From NCBI GenBank assembly GCA_963729045.1, contig CAVSMN010000011.1, positions 32,001 to 96,000 on the forward strand: DNA of 64,000 nt, written 5' to 3'. Positions 54,484-64,000 of the stretch are shown piece by piece; the stretch's first letter is position 1, and each line of letters opens with the position of its first letter. The DNA comes from an uncultured Nitrososphaeraceae archaeon (lineage in GTDB: Archaea > Thermoproteota > Nitrososphaeria > Nitrososphaerales > Nitrososphaeraceae). Position numbers and translations under genes: made by a program. A model generated the notes under the pieces. It searched no databases. It was not told where the DNA came from and saw nothing but the letters and a program-made list of their open reading frames with translations.

Positions 54484-54903
54484 TTAATACTTTTCTAAAA
54501 GTTTGTTAACGTTATTAATTAGTTTAATCAATGAAAATGGCTTATGCATAATATCATCGATTTTGACTCCGGTGTTCAAGTTATCAGATACCTCGAGTTC
54601 AGAAACGTCATAAGCAGACATCAAAATTGTCTTGATCAATGGATCAATGCATTTGATTTCATTTATTAATTGATAGCCATTAACTTTGGGCATACGGATA
54701 TCTACAAGGACCATACAATACTTTTTGTAATGCTCTTTCAGTTCATTTAGAGCTACTGCAGAGTCATCAAATGTAACTACTTTGAGCCTTTGTAACTCTA
54801 ATGCCTTTTTATAAACAAAAAGCAAATCTTTTTCATCGTCAATGATCGCTATGCTACGATCACCTGCTCGATTATGTGATGTTCTAGGAGTATAATTGGG
54901 CAA
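54484..54903 (-). CDS. single-domain response regulator
   Basis: IIDDEKD, LVDIRMPKVNG, MSA, KP. Confidence 0.9.
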   Translation of the reverse strand: MPNYTPRTSHNRAGDRSIAIIDDEKDLLFVYKKALELQRLKVVTFDDSAVALNELKEHYKKYCMVLVDIRMPKVNGYQLINEIKCIDPLIKTILMSAYDVSELEVSDNLNTGVKIDDIMHKPFSLIKLINNVNKLLEKY

Positions 54904-55762
54904 TATATATCATAAATAAACCAAACTATTAATGTTTTTGCAAAATAATGGAAATATATAACAATTATATTACTTACACTAAGCAAGAAGGGTAGGTAAT
55001 TCAACTAGTCTATCGGATAATAATGATGATGAAGATGACAAATTATAACTATAATGATTATTTACCTTGATGGTAATAAATAAGCTATTTAATTTTTGAA
55101 TTTGATCAAAAACATGAAGAATCTTTTTTATTTATATCTCCTTGCTTTGTTAAAATTGTTGTTAGATTAGATAATCAATTTAAAGAACAAATTGTATTTA
55201 TTTAGCCAACTCCATAATTTCGTCTGTTTGGATTTCTTATTTGTAATGGTTTATCATCACTTATCCGTATTGCATCAAACTTAGATCTAAATATTGTAAA
55301 TTCTCTTGTCTATAACAAACTAATAGCATCCGCTTTGTCATCAGTCATTCAATCATGCTTAACAATAAAATAGATATTTTTATTATCCTCATTTTCCTCC
55401 ATGCTTTTTTTCTAGATTTGCTAAAAGAGATAGATATTTTATCTAATATTTAGAATATCAGAGAATCTCAATAATCACTTATTTGATTGACAAGAATTTC
55501 TCAACGTCATCTAACGAATAATGTACTAAATAATCCCGAATACTTAATACCTGTAAGACTATGAACCTTGCTCCAACATTTCTCGAAAATACTCTCTCCT
55601 TTGGCCTTATTGAGAAACTAAATTTACTTTTAGATATTCATGGAAATATCACTACCGATGAAGGTAATTTTCACCCAACAAGACCTTCCCGCAGTGTATT
55701 CAGCAAAGGGTTTCCAAAGTATTATATTAATAACCCCTCAAGTTTAATAAAAAACGCAGTAG

Positions 55763-55865
55763 GCTCCGGTGGTGTAGAGGTTATTAACCAAAGTAGCCAC
55801 ACAGTCCGGCTAAGCATTTCGCCCTCTCAAGGCGACGATCCCGGGTTCAAATCCCGGCCGGAGCA
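55763..55865 (+). tRNA. tRNA-Glu(CTC) with a 27-nt intron at position 15/16 (55778-55804)
   Basis: GCTCCGG/CCGGAGC acceptor stem; TCGCC-CTCTCAA-GGCGA anticodon arm; BHB GTGT-AGA / ACAC-AGT. Confidence 0.93.
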
Positions 55866-55928
55866 TCCTCTGTTTGGAAAAAGAAGACCAATTTGAGTTT
55901 CTTTTCATGATCTCTGTTTTATGAGAAT

Positions 55929-55955
55929 CTGTATACAGTTTCATTCTGTATACAG
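55929..55955. repeat. two tandem 10-bp palindromes CTGTATACAG (17-bp period)
   Basis: CTGTATACAG-TTTCATT-CTGTATACAG. Confidence 0.9.
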
Positions 55956-57063
55956 TTTTTTGTCGTAGTGTATATCGCAACTTAAGCATGAATAACCAAT
56001 CTTTTTGAATGATCCGAGACTTCCAATTCTGACATATGTAGAATTTAGGCCTCTGTTACAGATGGTACATTTGGTCATAGAACAAGAATATTTGAAGCAA
56101 TTGGATTTAAAGCTTTTTTGGATGTATCCAATGGAGATAGTAATGGTGTCGTCATTTGAGAGGGCGAAATGCTTAGCCGGACTGTGTGGCTTTCATTACT
56201 ACTATACCACCGGAGCCTTCAATTACGTCGATATTAGTCCTTGTAGTGTGGTTTTAATTCTATTAATCAAATGTTGTTTAGTGAACTAGTCTAGTTAGTG
56301 CTTTTATGAGAATGAAGAGGAAATATTGCCGTTTTGACTTGGGGCGGTCCCCTTTTTGTATGCTATTCAAACATATGATCGTGACATTTCTAATAGATAG
56401 ATTTGATAGCATTTAGAATTCTTTTTGCAAAACTTCCAGTATGTGATTAAGCAGTCTTTGATAACATGAAATATTAGTAGCGTATAGAAGTATATGAAAG
56501 TTGAAAAATCTCTTACACTTGTGCATTTTTATAGCAAATGTATATTCTACGCAGGCTGATGATTTCAGAATGGAAATTACTATATTTAGTAGTTTGATTG
56601 TCATGATTTGTTGATTAAAAGTTCATTGTCTAGAAGTATTGATTATCAGAACTGTTCAGTCGGCCAGCATCCTGACATTCGTATCCATTATATCTTCGAT
56701 TGCCAGAATTATCAGAAGTAACTTTGATAGCAAAGGAATTTCCTTTCTTAAGACATCTCATCTTTTTCTGATTAAGCATTTCAACTTTCTTTCATAGGAC
56801 TATTGATACAATCTTTTACCTTGAAGATATAGAATCTTTGCTTTTCGAAAACATGATTAATATAAGATTAGGGTGTTAAGAATTAAGACTTTTTCGTATT
56901 TTCATGATTGGATGAGAATAGAAAGGATTCTAAGTTCTTGATGGTAGTTGAATAGAATAGCGGAGTGGGGGGCCGAGCTCATGAAAGATTAAGTTACTTG
57001 TATAATATACGCATAGTTACACTGCGTAAAGGATAAATACATATAATTACATTCTCTAATCAA

Positions 57064-57601
57064 ATGGGTCGAAGCATTCCTTCATTTAGACAGTTAATTG
57101 AGATAGAGCGGTTGAATTGGTCTGAATTTAAGAAAGAACTACCATCCAAGGATGAGAAAGAAGCGTTTAATACCATATTTGAAAACGCCAAATTGTATAC
57201 ACAATATCTATCTAATGCCAACAGACCAATACCAATAGAGCCTATTATGATGGGTGCTTTGTTCCATAATTATAAAACACTTTTGAAGTTGTGTAAAGAG
57301 GAGAATGTCACTGAAGAATCCATAAATCAGAAATTGGTTGTATTGGATAAGAGAGAAACCTTTAGCAAAAACATTGTTTGATAAAACTTGCGAAAGGTGG
57401 CGCGGTCTGCTATACGCCCTTCATAAAGATGATAGAGAACAGTTGCTAAAAATGTTAGTTGATTGTTGTAATAGTTTGGATGAAAGGGCGGCCAAGGTGA
57501 TAATCGACAAAGTTTCAGAATCTACTATTTCTGTTCTTTTCTTTTTTTGTCTAGTCTTGCAGAATCAAAAACTGATGAACAGAATTAAAAAGTCTAGATA
57601 G
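57064..57601 (+). CDS. helical protein resembling the small PolB2-associated family; internal duplication; frameshift at ~57340
   Basis: MGRSIPSFRQLIEIE..W.EFKK.L..DEKEAF..IFE.A..Y...SNANRP; the second half repeats W..L..AL..DDRE. Confidence 0.6.
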
Positions 57602-57917
57602 AAAAGAGCCTAAGATGATGTTAATTTGTTAGACTTTATCGATTCATTATATTGGAAATAGTTCAAGTTTCATCTATATGGTTGCGGCGCGCTACCACTC
57701 AAACATGAATGCAAAATTTCTAATTTGTGAGATTGTATATATTCGATGGAGATAATTGTGTAGTGCCGTCGCCAATTCTCTAAATCATTCAAAATATTTT
57801 TCGCCATTCTTATTCATGTAATTTAGAATTGTTTTGTGTTATCATGGTGTGGTTGCCATTTTAGTATCGAAGTGTTAGTAAATATATATAATTACTCATC
57901 TGTTGTCCATTAATGAG

Positions 57918-58298
57918 TCATATGATCCGCTCCACCCACTCGGATCTCCACTCTGGTGGCTCAAATGGATCAGCGTAATAGTGCGTCTCATGTGCAATCT
58001 TGCCTTCTCCGAACTCCATGATACATACAACATTGACGGGGCGGCCATCATAGGTGATTATTAATTCAGTTATCCAAAGATTTCCTTCTCCACGAACTCG
58101 CGAAATCTCAAAAGTGAGTTTAGCAGGATAATGTGCCCTGAGTTGGTAAATGTTGTGTTTACCACGAATTAGTTCCCCAGACTGTGGAAATTCTACCATA
58201 ACATCATCTTGGTAAAATTCATGTATTTTCACCAGATCATGAGCCAATGTTGCCTCCCAATACTGATCCATGATTAAACGCAGTTCCTGATTATTCAA
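57918..58298 (-). CDS. SnoaL/NTF2-like protein
   Basis: EFPQSGELIRG, GKIAHETHYYADPFEPPEWR. Confidence 0.85.
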   Translation of the reverse strand: MNNQELRLIMDQYWEATLAHDLVKIHEFYQDDVMVEFPQSGELIRGKHNIYQLRAHYPAKLTFEISRVRGEGNLWITELIITYDGRPVNVVCIMEFGEGKIAHETHYYADPFEPPEWRSEWVERII

Positions 58299-58422
58299 CT
58301 ATATGTTCATTGCCTTTACCAAAGGTTTGCTTATTAGTATTCACTTTGGCTTTGTGTGATAAACAATTACCACTTGATGACTTGCTCCAAAAAAGTAGTA
58401 TGATATTGAAAGATGGAGTCAA

Positions 58423-58641
58423 TTGTTATATCCATTTTCCTGGATAAGCCCAGATGAAATAACTAATGAAGAATCCTCTAAATGGAGGGTGACAAAAAAA
58501 AGAGGAATGTATATGCAAGAACTTCTAAATGGAACAATATTTCTTACCACCGATCCCCATGGTTCTAATCTAAATCGATTAAACTTTTTACCACTATATG
58601 ATAGACCTTTCTTAAAACAGCTGATAGAATCCGTACGTTGA
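58423..58641 (+). CDS. hypothetical protein
   Basis: 72-aa ORF only. Confidence 0.35.
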   Translation: MLYPFSWISPDEITNEESSKWRVTKKRGMYMQELLNGTIFLTTDPHGSNLNRLNFLPLYDRPFLKQLIESVR

Positions 58642-58725
58642 ATAAGATCCATTTAGAATTGTCAATATCTAACTAAAAATGATTCCTTATCCTAGCCTGT
58701 TGTAGTGGTTAATACTTCTGAACAG

Positions 58726-59111
58726 CTATTGTTTGTTAGAGCAGAGTTTAATTATATGGGGACCTAGATCGTTCAAATCTATTGGCTTTAACAATACTTC
58801 GGTGATTTTGGCCTCTCTGAATTCATCCCCAGGCAACATGTCTTTAATATAATATCCCGTTATCAAAAGAATAAGAACCTTGGAATTGATTTTTCTTATC
58901 CTCTTTGCAAGTTCCAAACCATTCATAAACGGTAGATCCCAATCTAAAAGTGCCAGAGCATATCTACCATGATTTTGTTCATAATGCTCCAAAGTAATAA
59001 TGGATTAGCGAAAATGATCGAATCAATTTCGAATCTTTCTAAATACAATTTGAAAAGATATGACAGATCCTCTTCGTCCTCGACTATAATTATAGACAGA
59101 GGCGTGGACAT
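58726..59111 (-). CDS. single-domain response regulator (frameshift at ~58995)
   Basis: IIIVEDEEDL joined to LLDWDLPFMNG, ITG, KP. Confidence 0.85.
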
Positions 59112-59267
59112 TCTTGTCAGACATTGCTATTAAGGTATTTAACAATCGCTGTTTAGTTGTTATCTATTCAAATACACTTTTGTTAGAACTTTTCATCCAC
59201 AAAAAGAAAAATGCAAAACTGAACGAAAATATCATCGATAGTAATTTTTTTACTTGAGTCACCAAAA

Positions 59268-59675
59268 TTATGAAATCTCTTCTAATTTGCTAAACCCACC
59301 AAAGGAAACTGCAGATCCAGGGGTGATTAGCTCCATGAATCGTTTGTATAGTGGTTCAAGGCTATTGTCACCTTCCATACTAGCAACAAATGCTTTCACA
59401 TGCTCTGCATCTCTATAGGATTGTATTTCAAGCCATACTTCATCGTCTTCACTGGCTGAAATTGTTTTAGATAGATTTTCAAATTCCATCACGTTTTCCC
59501 TATTGGCAAGAGAAAATACTTCAAATCCAGATGCACCATGTTTTGTGAAAAAATCTCGAGACTGTCTGTTAACTTCTACCAATTCATCATGGTTTTTCTT
59601 TGGGGCCCGATAAAGGAAAATTTCAATCTGATGGCATGAATATTTTTGGTTTGAAAAAGCGTTAGTACTAGTCAT
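59268..59675 (-). CDS. DUF1428-like dimeric alpha-beta barrel protein
   Basis: YRAPKKNHD, FTKHGA, WLEIQSYRDAEH, FGGF. Confidence 0.7.
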   Translation of the reverse strand: MTSTNAFSNQKYSCHQIEIFLYRAPKKNHDELVEVNRQSRDFFTKHGASGFEVFSLANRENVMEFENLSKTISASEDDEVWLEIQSYRDAEHVKAFVASMEGDNSLEPLYKRFMELITPGSAVSFGGFSKLEEIS

Positions 59676-59783
59676 GACGATTCATATCAAAAGAAGATAT
59701 AAAAATTATCAAGGGATCAAAAGTATACTTATATTCAATACGGATTTTGATTTTGATTATAAAATTAAGATTTAAAGAAAATT

Positions 59784-60572
59784 CTAACTCTTAATTCCAA
59801 TGATCATAGATATTGGAAAATAAAAGAAAATTTCCCCGTTCTTCATGTGACTTCTCATACCTAAATTATCCATTAAAATGTCTTTCTTAAATAATAGTCT
59901 AATTCTAGGTATATCCGCAGGATTCGGAAAAGACGATTTTAAGAGGTTCTCGAGCCCCATTTCTAGCTCATGGTGTTTAGATTTCAACTTAGTCAGCCCG
60001 GCTTCATGCATTAATCCTTTTAGCTGTTCAAAAGTCAATGCTCCAGTGTGTGAACTATCACGTAATTTTTCTACGCCGTTATATGCCTCAATCTTGTCTT
60101 TATCTGGAGTTACATCAATTATGAGTAATTTGCCATTTGGTTTACATACTCGCGTCATCTCCTCAAGTACCTGCTTTGGGTCAACTAAATGATGAAAACT
60201 ATACCTAGTTACCACCAACGAAAAGGAATCATCCTCAAAAGGAAGTCTAGTTACATCTCCTAACTTCCAATCCACATTATCAATCTTTCTTTCTCTCTGA
60301 AGATTTATAGCTTCCTCAATCATAGCGGGAGTAATGTCTATTCCCGTAACATGGTTAACTTTGTTAGCAAACTCACATGCAATAATTCCCGGTCCGCATG
60401 CCACATCCAAAACATTGTCGTCAATTTGTGGATCACTTAATTCAAACATCAACTCTAATCCATAATGATTTGAATGTTGAGCCATTTGTGAAAATGGAAG
60501 GGCCTGTTTGGTAAATTGAGATACAATAATGTCATTATGGGATATACCATTATCATGAGTATTGGAATCCAC
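59784..60572 (-). CDS. class I SAM-dependent methyltransferase
   Basis: VLDVACGPG, GIDIT, GDVTRLPFEDDSF, FHH, EMTRVCKPNG. Confidence 0.92.
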   Translation of the reverse strand: MDSNTHDNGISHNDIIVSQFTKQALPFSQMAQHSNHYGLELMFELSDPQIDDNVLDVACGPGIIACEFANKVNHVTGIDITPAMIEEAINLQRERKIDNVDWKLGDVTRLPFEDDSFSLVVTRYSFHHLVDPKQVLEEMTRVCKPNGKLLIIDVTPDKDKIEAYNGVEKLRDSSHTGALTFEQLKGLMHEAGLTKLKSKHHELEMGLENLLKSSFPNPADIPRIRLLFKKDILMDNLGMRSHMKNGEIFFYFPISMIIGIKS

Positions 60573-61279
60573 ATTGAAAAAATAACTTTGCCAAATATAA
60601 AAATTATTTATATCGACAAGGTGAAAGGCAAATTTATTACAAATAGAACTTCTAGAAAGTTATGAACCCGCTTGGAGTAGCTAATTGGTTCATCTGTTCC
60701 CGAGTATAATGCTAAAATTTGAAAATCCTTAACTTCACTCATATCTCCGCTTTCTATTATCCTACAAAAATCGAACACTTTCAGCTAATGCGTTTTTTAT
60801 TCAATAAAATCATAATTCTGCCAGTTAGAGAACTTTTAAGGTATACTTTCAGTCTTCTCGTACAACAACATTCTCTGTTTTAATACTTTGTAAATCTCTG
60901 TGACTTGCATATATTTTCCAATACTTTTTTCATTCAATTCGGCAACTAACCATAGGAGCCTATTGACAAATTTGTAGCCTATTTCCACACGCTCTGAATC
61001 AGATATTAAAAGATAAAAGAATTACAACCCTTTTGAGATTTTTCATGGATTTGAACTTTCAAATCAATATCATACCTATGTCAAAAATAGTTAAACCGTT
61101 TCATAGAATATGAATCATATTATTTACTTGAAATGAAATTTGTATCTCGAGATTCCAAAACAGGGTTTGTGAAATTTAGTTGTAGAGTTGGTAATTACTT
61201 AAATTGGATGTGTTGGTCACTCAACTACATTCTCCATAAACATTTATATTCTGATAATTGTTTCTATTGATAGTATTAG

Positions 61280-61375
61280 ATGATGTGTTCCAAATGCAAA
61301 ACGGACTATGAGGTAGAGAAATCATTTTATGATAAGAAATTACATCGTTTTGTTTGTCCTACTTGTAAGGCATGA
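61280..61375 (+). CDS. 31-aa CxxC..CxxC microprotein; not in ORF track
   Basis: MMCSKCKTDYEVEKSFYDKKLHRFVCPTCKA*; TTTATAT about 35 nt upstream. Confidence 0.5.
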   Translation: MMCSKCKTDYEVEKSFYDKKLHRFVCPTCKA

Positions 61376-61821
61376 ATTCTCTAAAAAATAATCTAGCCTA
61401 TTAATAAATAAATGTTGTTGGATATTGCATACATCATTATCCGGGGACAATTTATACTATTACTATTACGGAGTAATAGAGCACAATCTTGAAGGGACAA
61501 TGAATTTTATCGACACCTGAGAATCAACCTCCGAATATACCTATTAAGAAAAATCGATTTAACTTATCACTTTTTATATGATGAAAGGTTCCAAAAGATT
61601 GATTGCACTTTTGACACCTAAATTTTGAGTTAGTAGGACTAGGGGCCAAATGCCTTAAGAGCATTTTTGTTGCGGTTTGCAGAATAGCTGTTAGAAAAAG
61701 ACCTCTGCATGAGAGATTTGATTCTTTCCATGCAGAAGTAGACCCTATCGAACAATAATAGGTCACCAAAAAATGAACCTTTGTCTAATTTGTTATTCAA
61801 AATAGAATATTATCTAAACAA

Positions 61822-62175
61822 GTGGTAAGCGTGCAACAATGTAATAGACAATTGGAATTGACAAAAAGTGTTGGTCAAATTAACCATGATACTTTTAGCA
61901 TTAAAAAGAATATGGACAGCATGAAAGATTTCGAGGATATGACTCTCGAAGAAAGGGAAGAAATTCTTGAACAGTTAAGAAATCTTCCAGATGAATCAAG
62001 TGATCCAATAGATATCTTTACACACTCTTTCAATGAACTTTCTCAAAACTGGTCTAATGCTTTAAAAGAATTTGATACAATTTACTCAGACTGCAAAATA
62101 GAAAGTCATGTGAACCATACTGAGGAAAGAGATGAGAGTAGTTGGCGGGCGAAAATCTGCAGCCGCTTCTACTAA
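61822..62175 (+). CDS. hypothetical acidic protein
   Basis: 117-aa ORF; true start probably at MDSMKD. Confidence 0.5.
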   Translation: MVSVQQCNRQLELTKSVGQINHDTFSIKKNMDSMKDFEDMTLEEREEILEQLRNLPDESSDPIDIFTHSFNELSQNWSNALKEFDTIYSDCKIESHVNHTEERDESSWRAKICSRFY

Positions 62176-62248
62176 TCAGGTTTAGAGTTTGCAAACATCA
62201 CTAAATATTATGCCAGATTACAACATTGATTGGAATTAATCCCACTAA

Positions 62249-62833
62249 TTACCGAGGCTTTCGAAGCATTGGAAAGATGGGAGGAAATTCTTTTACTTTA
62301 ATGGTACCAAGCAATTCAAAGCCGTGTCGTTTGTAGAATGGAATGTTTCTTGGATTCGATGATTCGAGATATGCCAATGAATTATCTTTATCACACACGG
62401 TTAGTGCATGTTTCATGAGCAAGGAACCTAGACCTTTACCATGGTGATGAGGGTCCACTCCTAGAAGTGGTAAGTACCAGTGGGGTTCATTTGGATGATA
62501 TCCACCCATTTTCTCAAACACTTCTGGGACGACCCTTTGAGATTCTTCGGATGTAGTTTCTTGGAGTAGTGCAAGTATGGTATCAACATCAGGATCAACA
62601 TTTGGAGGTAACCAAAGGGCAGCACCATAATAATTTCCAATATAGTGGGCAGACTTGTGTTCAAATGCTTTTCCTCCAAAGGCTTGGGCAAATTTGGAAA
62701 AATGCAAAAGGTATTTCTGTGAATCTGGCCATACCCAACGTGTGGCAGGATCAGCTACAAAGGCCAATTTTAACGCATCAATGACAGCGTTTTCCTCGAA
62801 TTCGGTAGCCGTTTTGACATCTGGTATTGTCAT
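62249..62833 (-). CDS. GNAT family N-acetyltransferase
   Basis: HWYLPLLGVDPHHHGKGLGS, AYLESSNPRNIPFYKRHGF. Confidence 0.92.
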   Translation of the reverse strand: MTIPDVKTATEFEENAVIDALKLAFVADPATRWVWPDSQKYLLHFSKFAQAFGGKAFEHKSAHYIGNYYGAALWLPPNVDPDVDTILALLQETTSEESQRVVPEVFEKMGGYHPNEPHWYLPLLGVDPHHHGKGLGSLLMKHALTVCDKDNSLAYLESSNPRNIPFYKRHGFELLGTIKVKEFPPIFPMLRKPR

Positions 62834-63366
62834 TAAATTCCCTCATAATATATGAAGTCATGACATTTTAAGATTTCATGCAAATGTTAAAATTTGAGAT
62901 AGTCAACCCGTCGTGGATCTCGTATTGATGAATCAAATTGAAGAAATTTGATTTGAAAGATTTAGTATCTTTTGGAATAGTTACTAAGGGTAAATTTTCT
63001 TAAAGAATAATCAGAACCAGGTTTATTGCCTGAAAGAATGCTATCGATTTTCTTCTCAAAGTGGGATAACAAGGAGCCAGGACTTGCTAGTGATGGTAAG
63101 GCTGATAGCGTACGCGTTGTGGAGCAAATACTTTGGTTATTGCAGATTTGAAAGCCACGACTGTTAAGTACTAATGTCCAACATTCTCTTTTTACCGATA
63201 TCAAAAAATATTCAATTTCCAATCTCCTTCCTTACATGAAAAAAATAACTATAATCCTTTAACTTCAGCTAAAAATTGGACAAGTGATCGTCTTGTCAAT
63301 AGACAAATATCACCAAGAATTTATTGAGAAATTTTTTAAAGAAAATAAGCAAAAAATAAGGAGGAT

Positions 63367-63635
63367 TTATTGTTGTCCTGCGGCTATGTTACCGTCTTGG
63401 AATTGAAGACCCAGACCTACATTGTTACAATCTAACAATGATATTGTACCAGTAACACATTGTGCATTTTGTTTATTTGTTTGTTCCTGCTCGATTTCCT
63501 GTTCTGAATCATTGTGTTTTTTCTTCCACCTGCATATGCCATGTTATCACCAAAGGCTACTACTGAACCAATTAGGGCTGCTGCAATGAATATTGCAAAT
63601 ATTCCTACTTTGTGAGTTTTTGTTATGTTGCTCAT
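63367..63635 (-). CDS. small secreted Gln/Asn-rich protein (frameshift in an A-run at ~63520)
   Basis: Signal peptide ..MAYA, then HNDSEQEIEQEQTNKQNAQCVTG..DCNN..QFQDGNIAAGQQ*. Confidence 0.75.
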
Positions 63636-64000
63636 TATAGTCAGAATATATAATTGAAATTGATTATATCATAGCTTAGATTCTTATTACTGTTTGATTT
63701 CAATGTAATTAGAATCTAGTATTATGCTCACATAAACAATTTAGTAACATAATTACGACTTAACCTAGAATTCGTATGGAGAAGGAGTTAAACGTAATAT
63801 TACTAAGTTCGTGTTTCAATGTTCTTACCTATATTCACGATGTACAAAAAATCCTCGGATTGCGCTTTTATAATGTAATAAGTAATTTTAAGAAAGACCA
63901 ACGCTGCACAGCAATCTAGAATTCGAAGGTAAAAAGTTATTCAACATGTAAAGGTAATATCGTTGAAATTAATATGAAAACAAACATCCAAAAATGAAGA

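Noticed and set aside
55561..55896. 111-aa ORF
   Set aside because: Runs across the tRNA-Glu gene and its promoter; spurious
56005..56604. ORFs 56005..56289 and 56413..56604
   Set aside because: Non-protein-like composition and no motifs; probably decayed DNA

Overview
AT-rich archaeal chromosome segment. The gene set (EF-1alpha/S10, RpoP, Vps4/CdvC, CDC48, L10e, aIF-1A, BHB-intron tRNA, many single-domain receivers, Gln/Asn-rich secreted proteins) is most consistent with a soil ammonia-oxidising Nitrososphaerota, probably Nitrosocosmicus-like; this taxonomy is inferred. Core blocks cover translation, aminoacyl-tRNA synthetases, cofactor metabolism and AAA ATPases. They are interrupted by accessory patches after tRNA-Ile (17.3-23 kb), around a bacterial-type pgk with an IS6 remnant (32.6-35.7 kb) and around tRNA-Glu (51-64 kb). 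Many essential genes are split by single-base indels, so most frameshifts are probably long-read assembly errors; clustered in-frame stops mark the true pseudogenes. The best candidate for an undescribed system is a translationally coupled pair at 24.0-26.8 kb: a wHTH/coiled-coil/wHTH protein and an AAA+ ATPase with a nuclease-like C-terminal tail, followed by a small ORF. Other highlights are an unannotated H/ACA-type guide RNA, a C/D-like sRNA, an ATA-initiated aIF-1A, a 15/16 tRNA intron and several unannotated Cys-rich microproteins. All calls come from reading motifs by eye; no searches were run.
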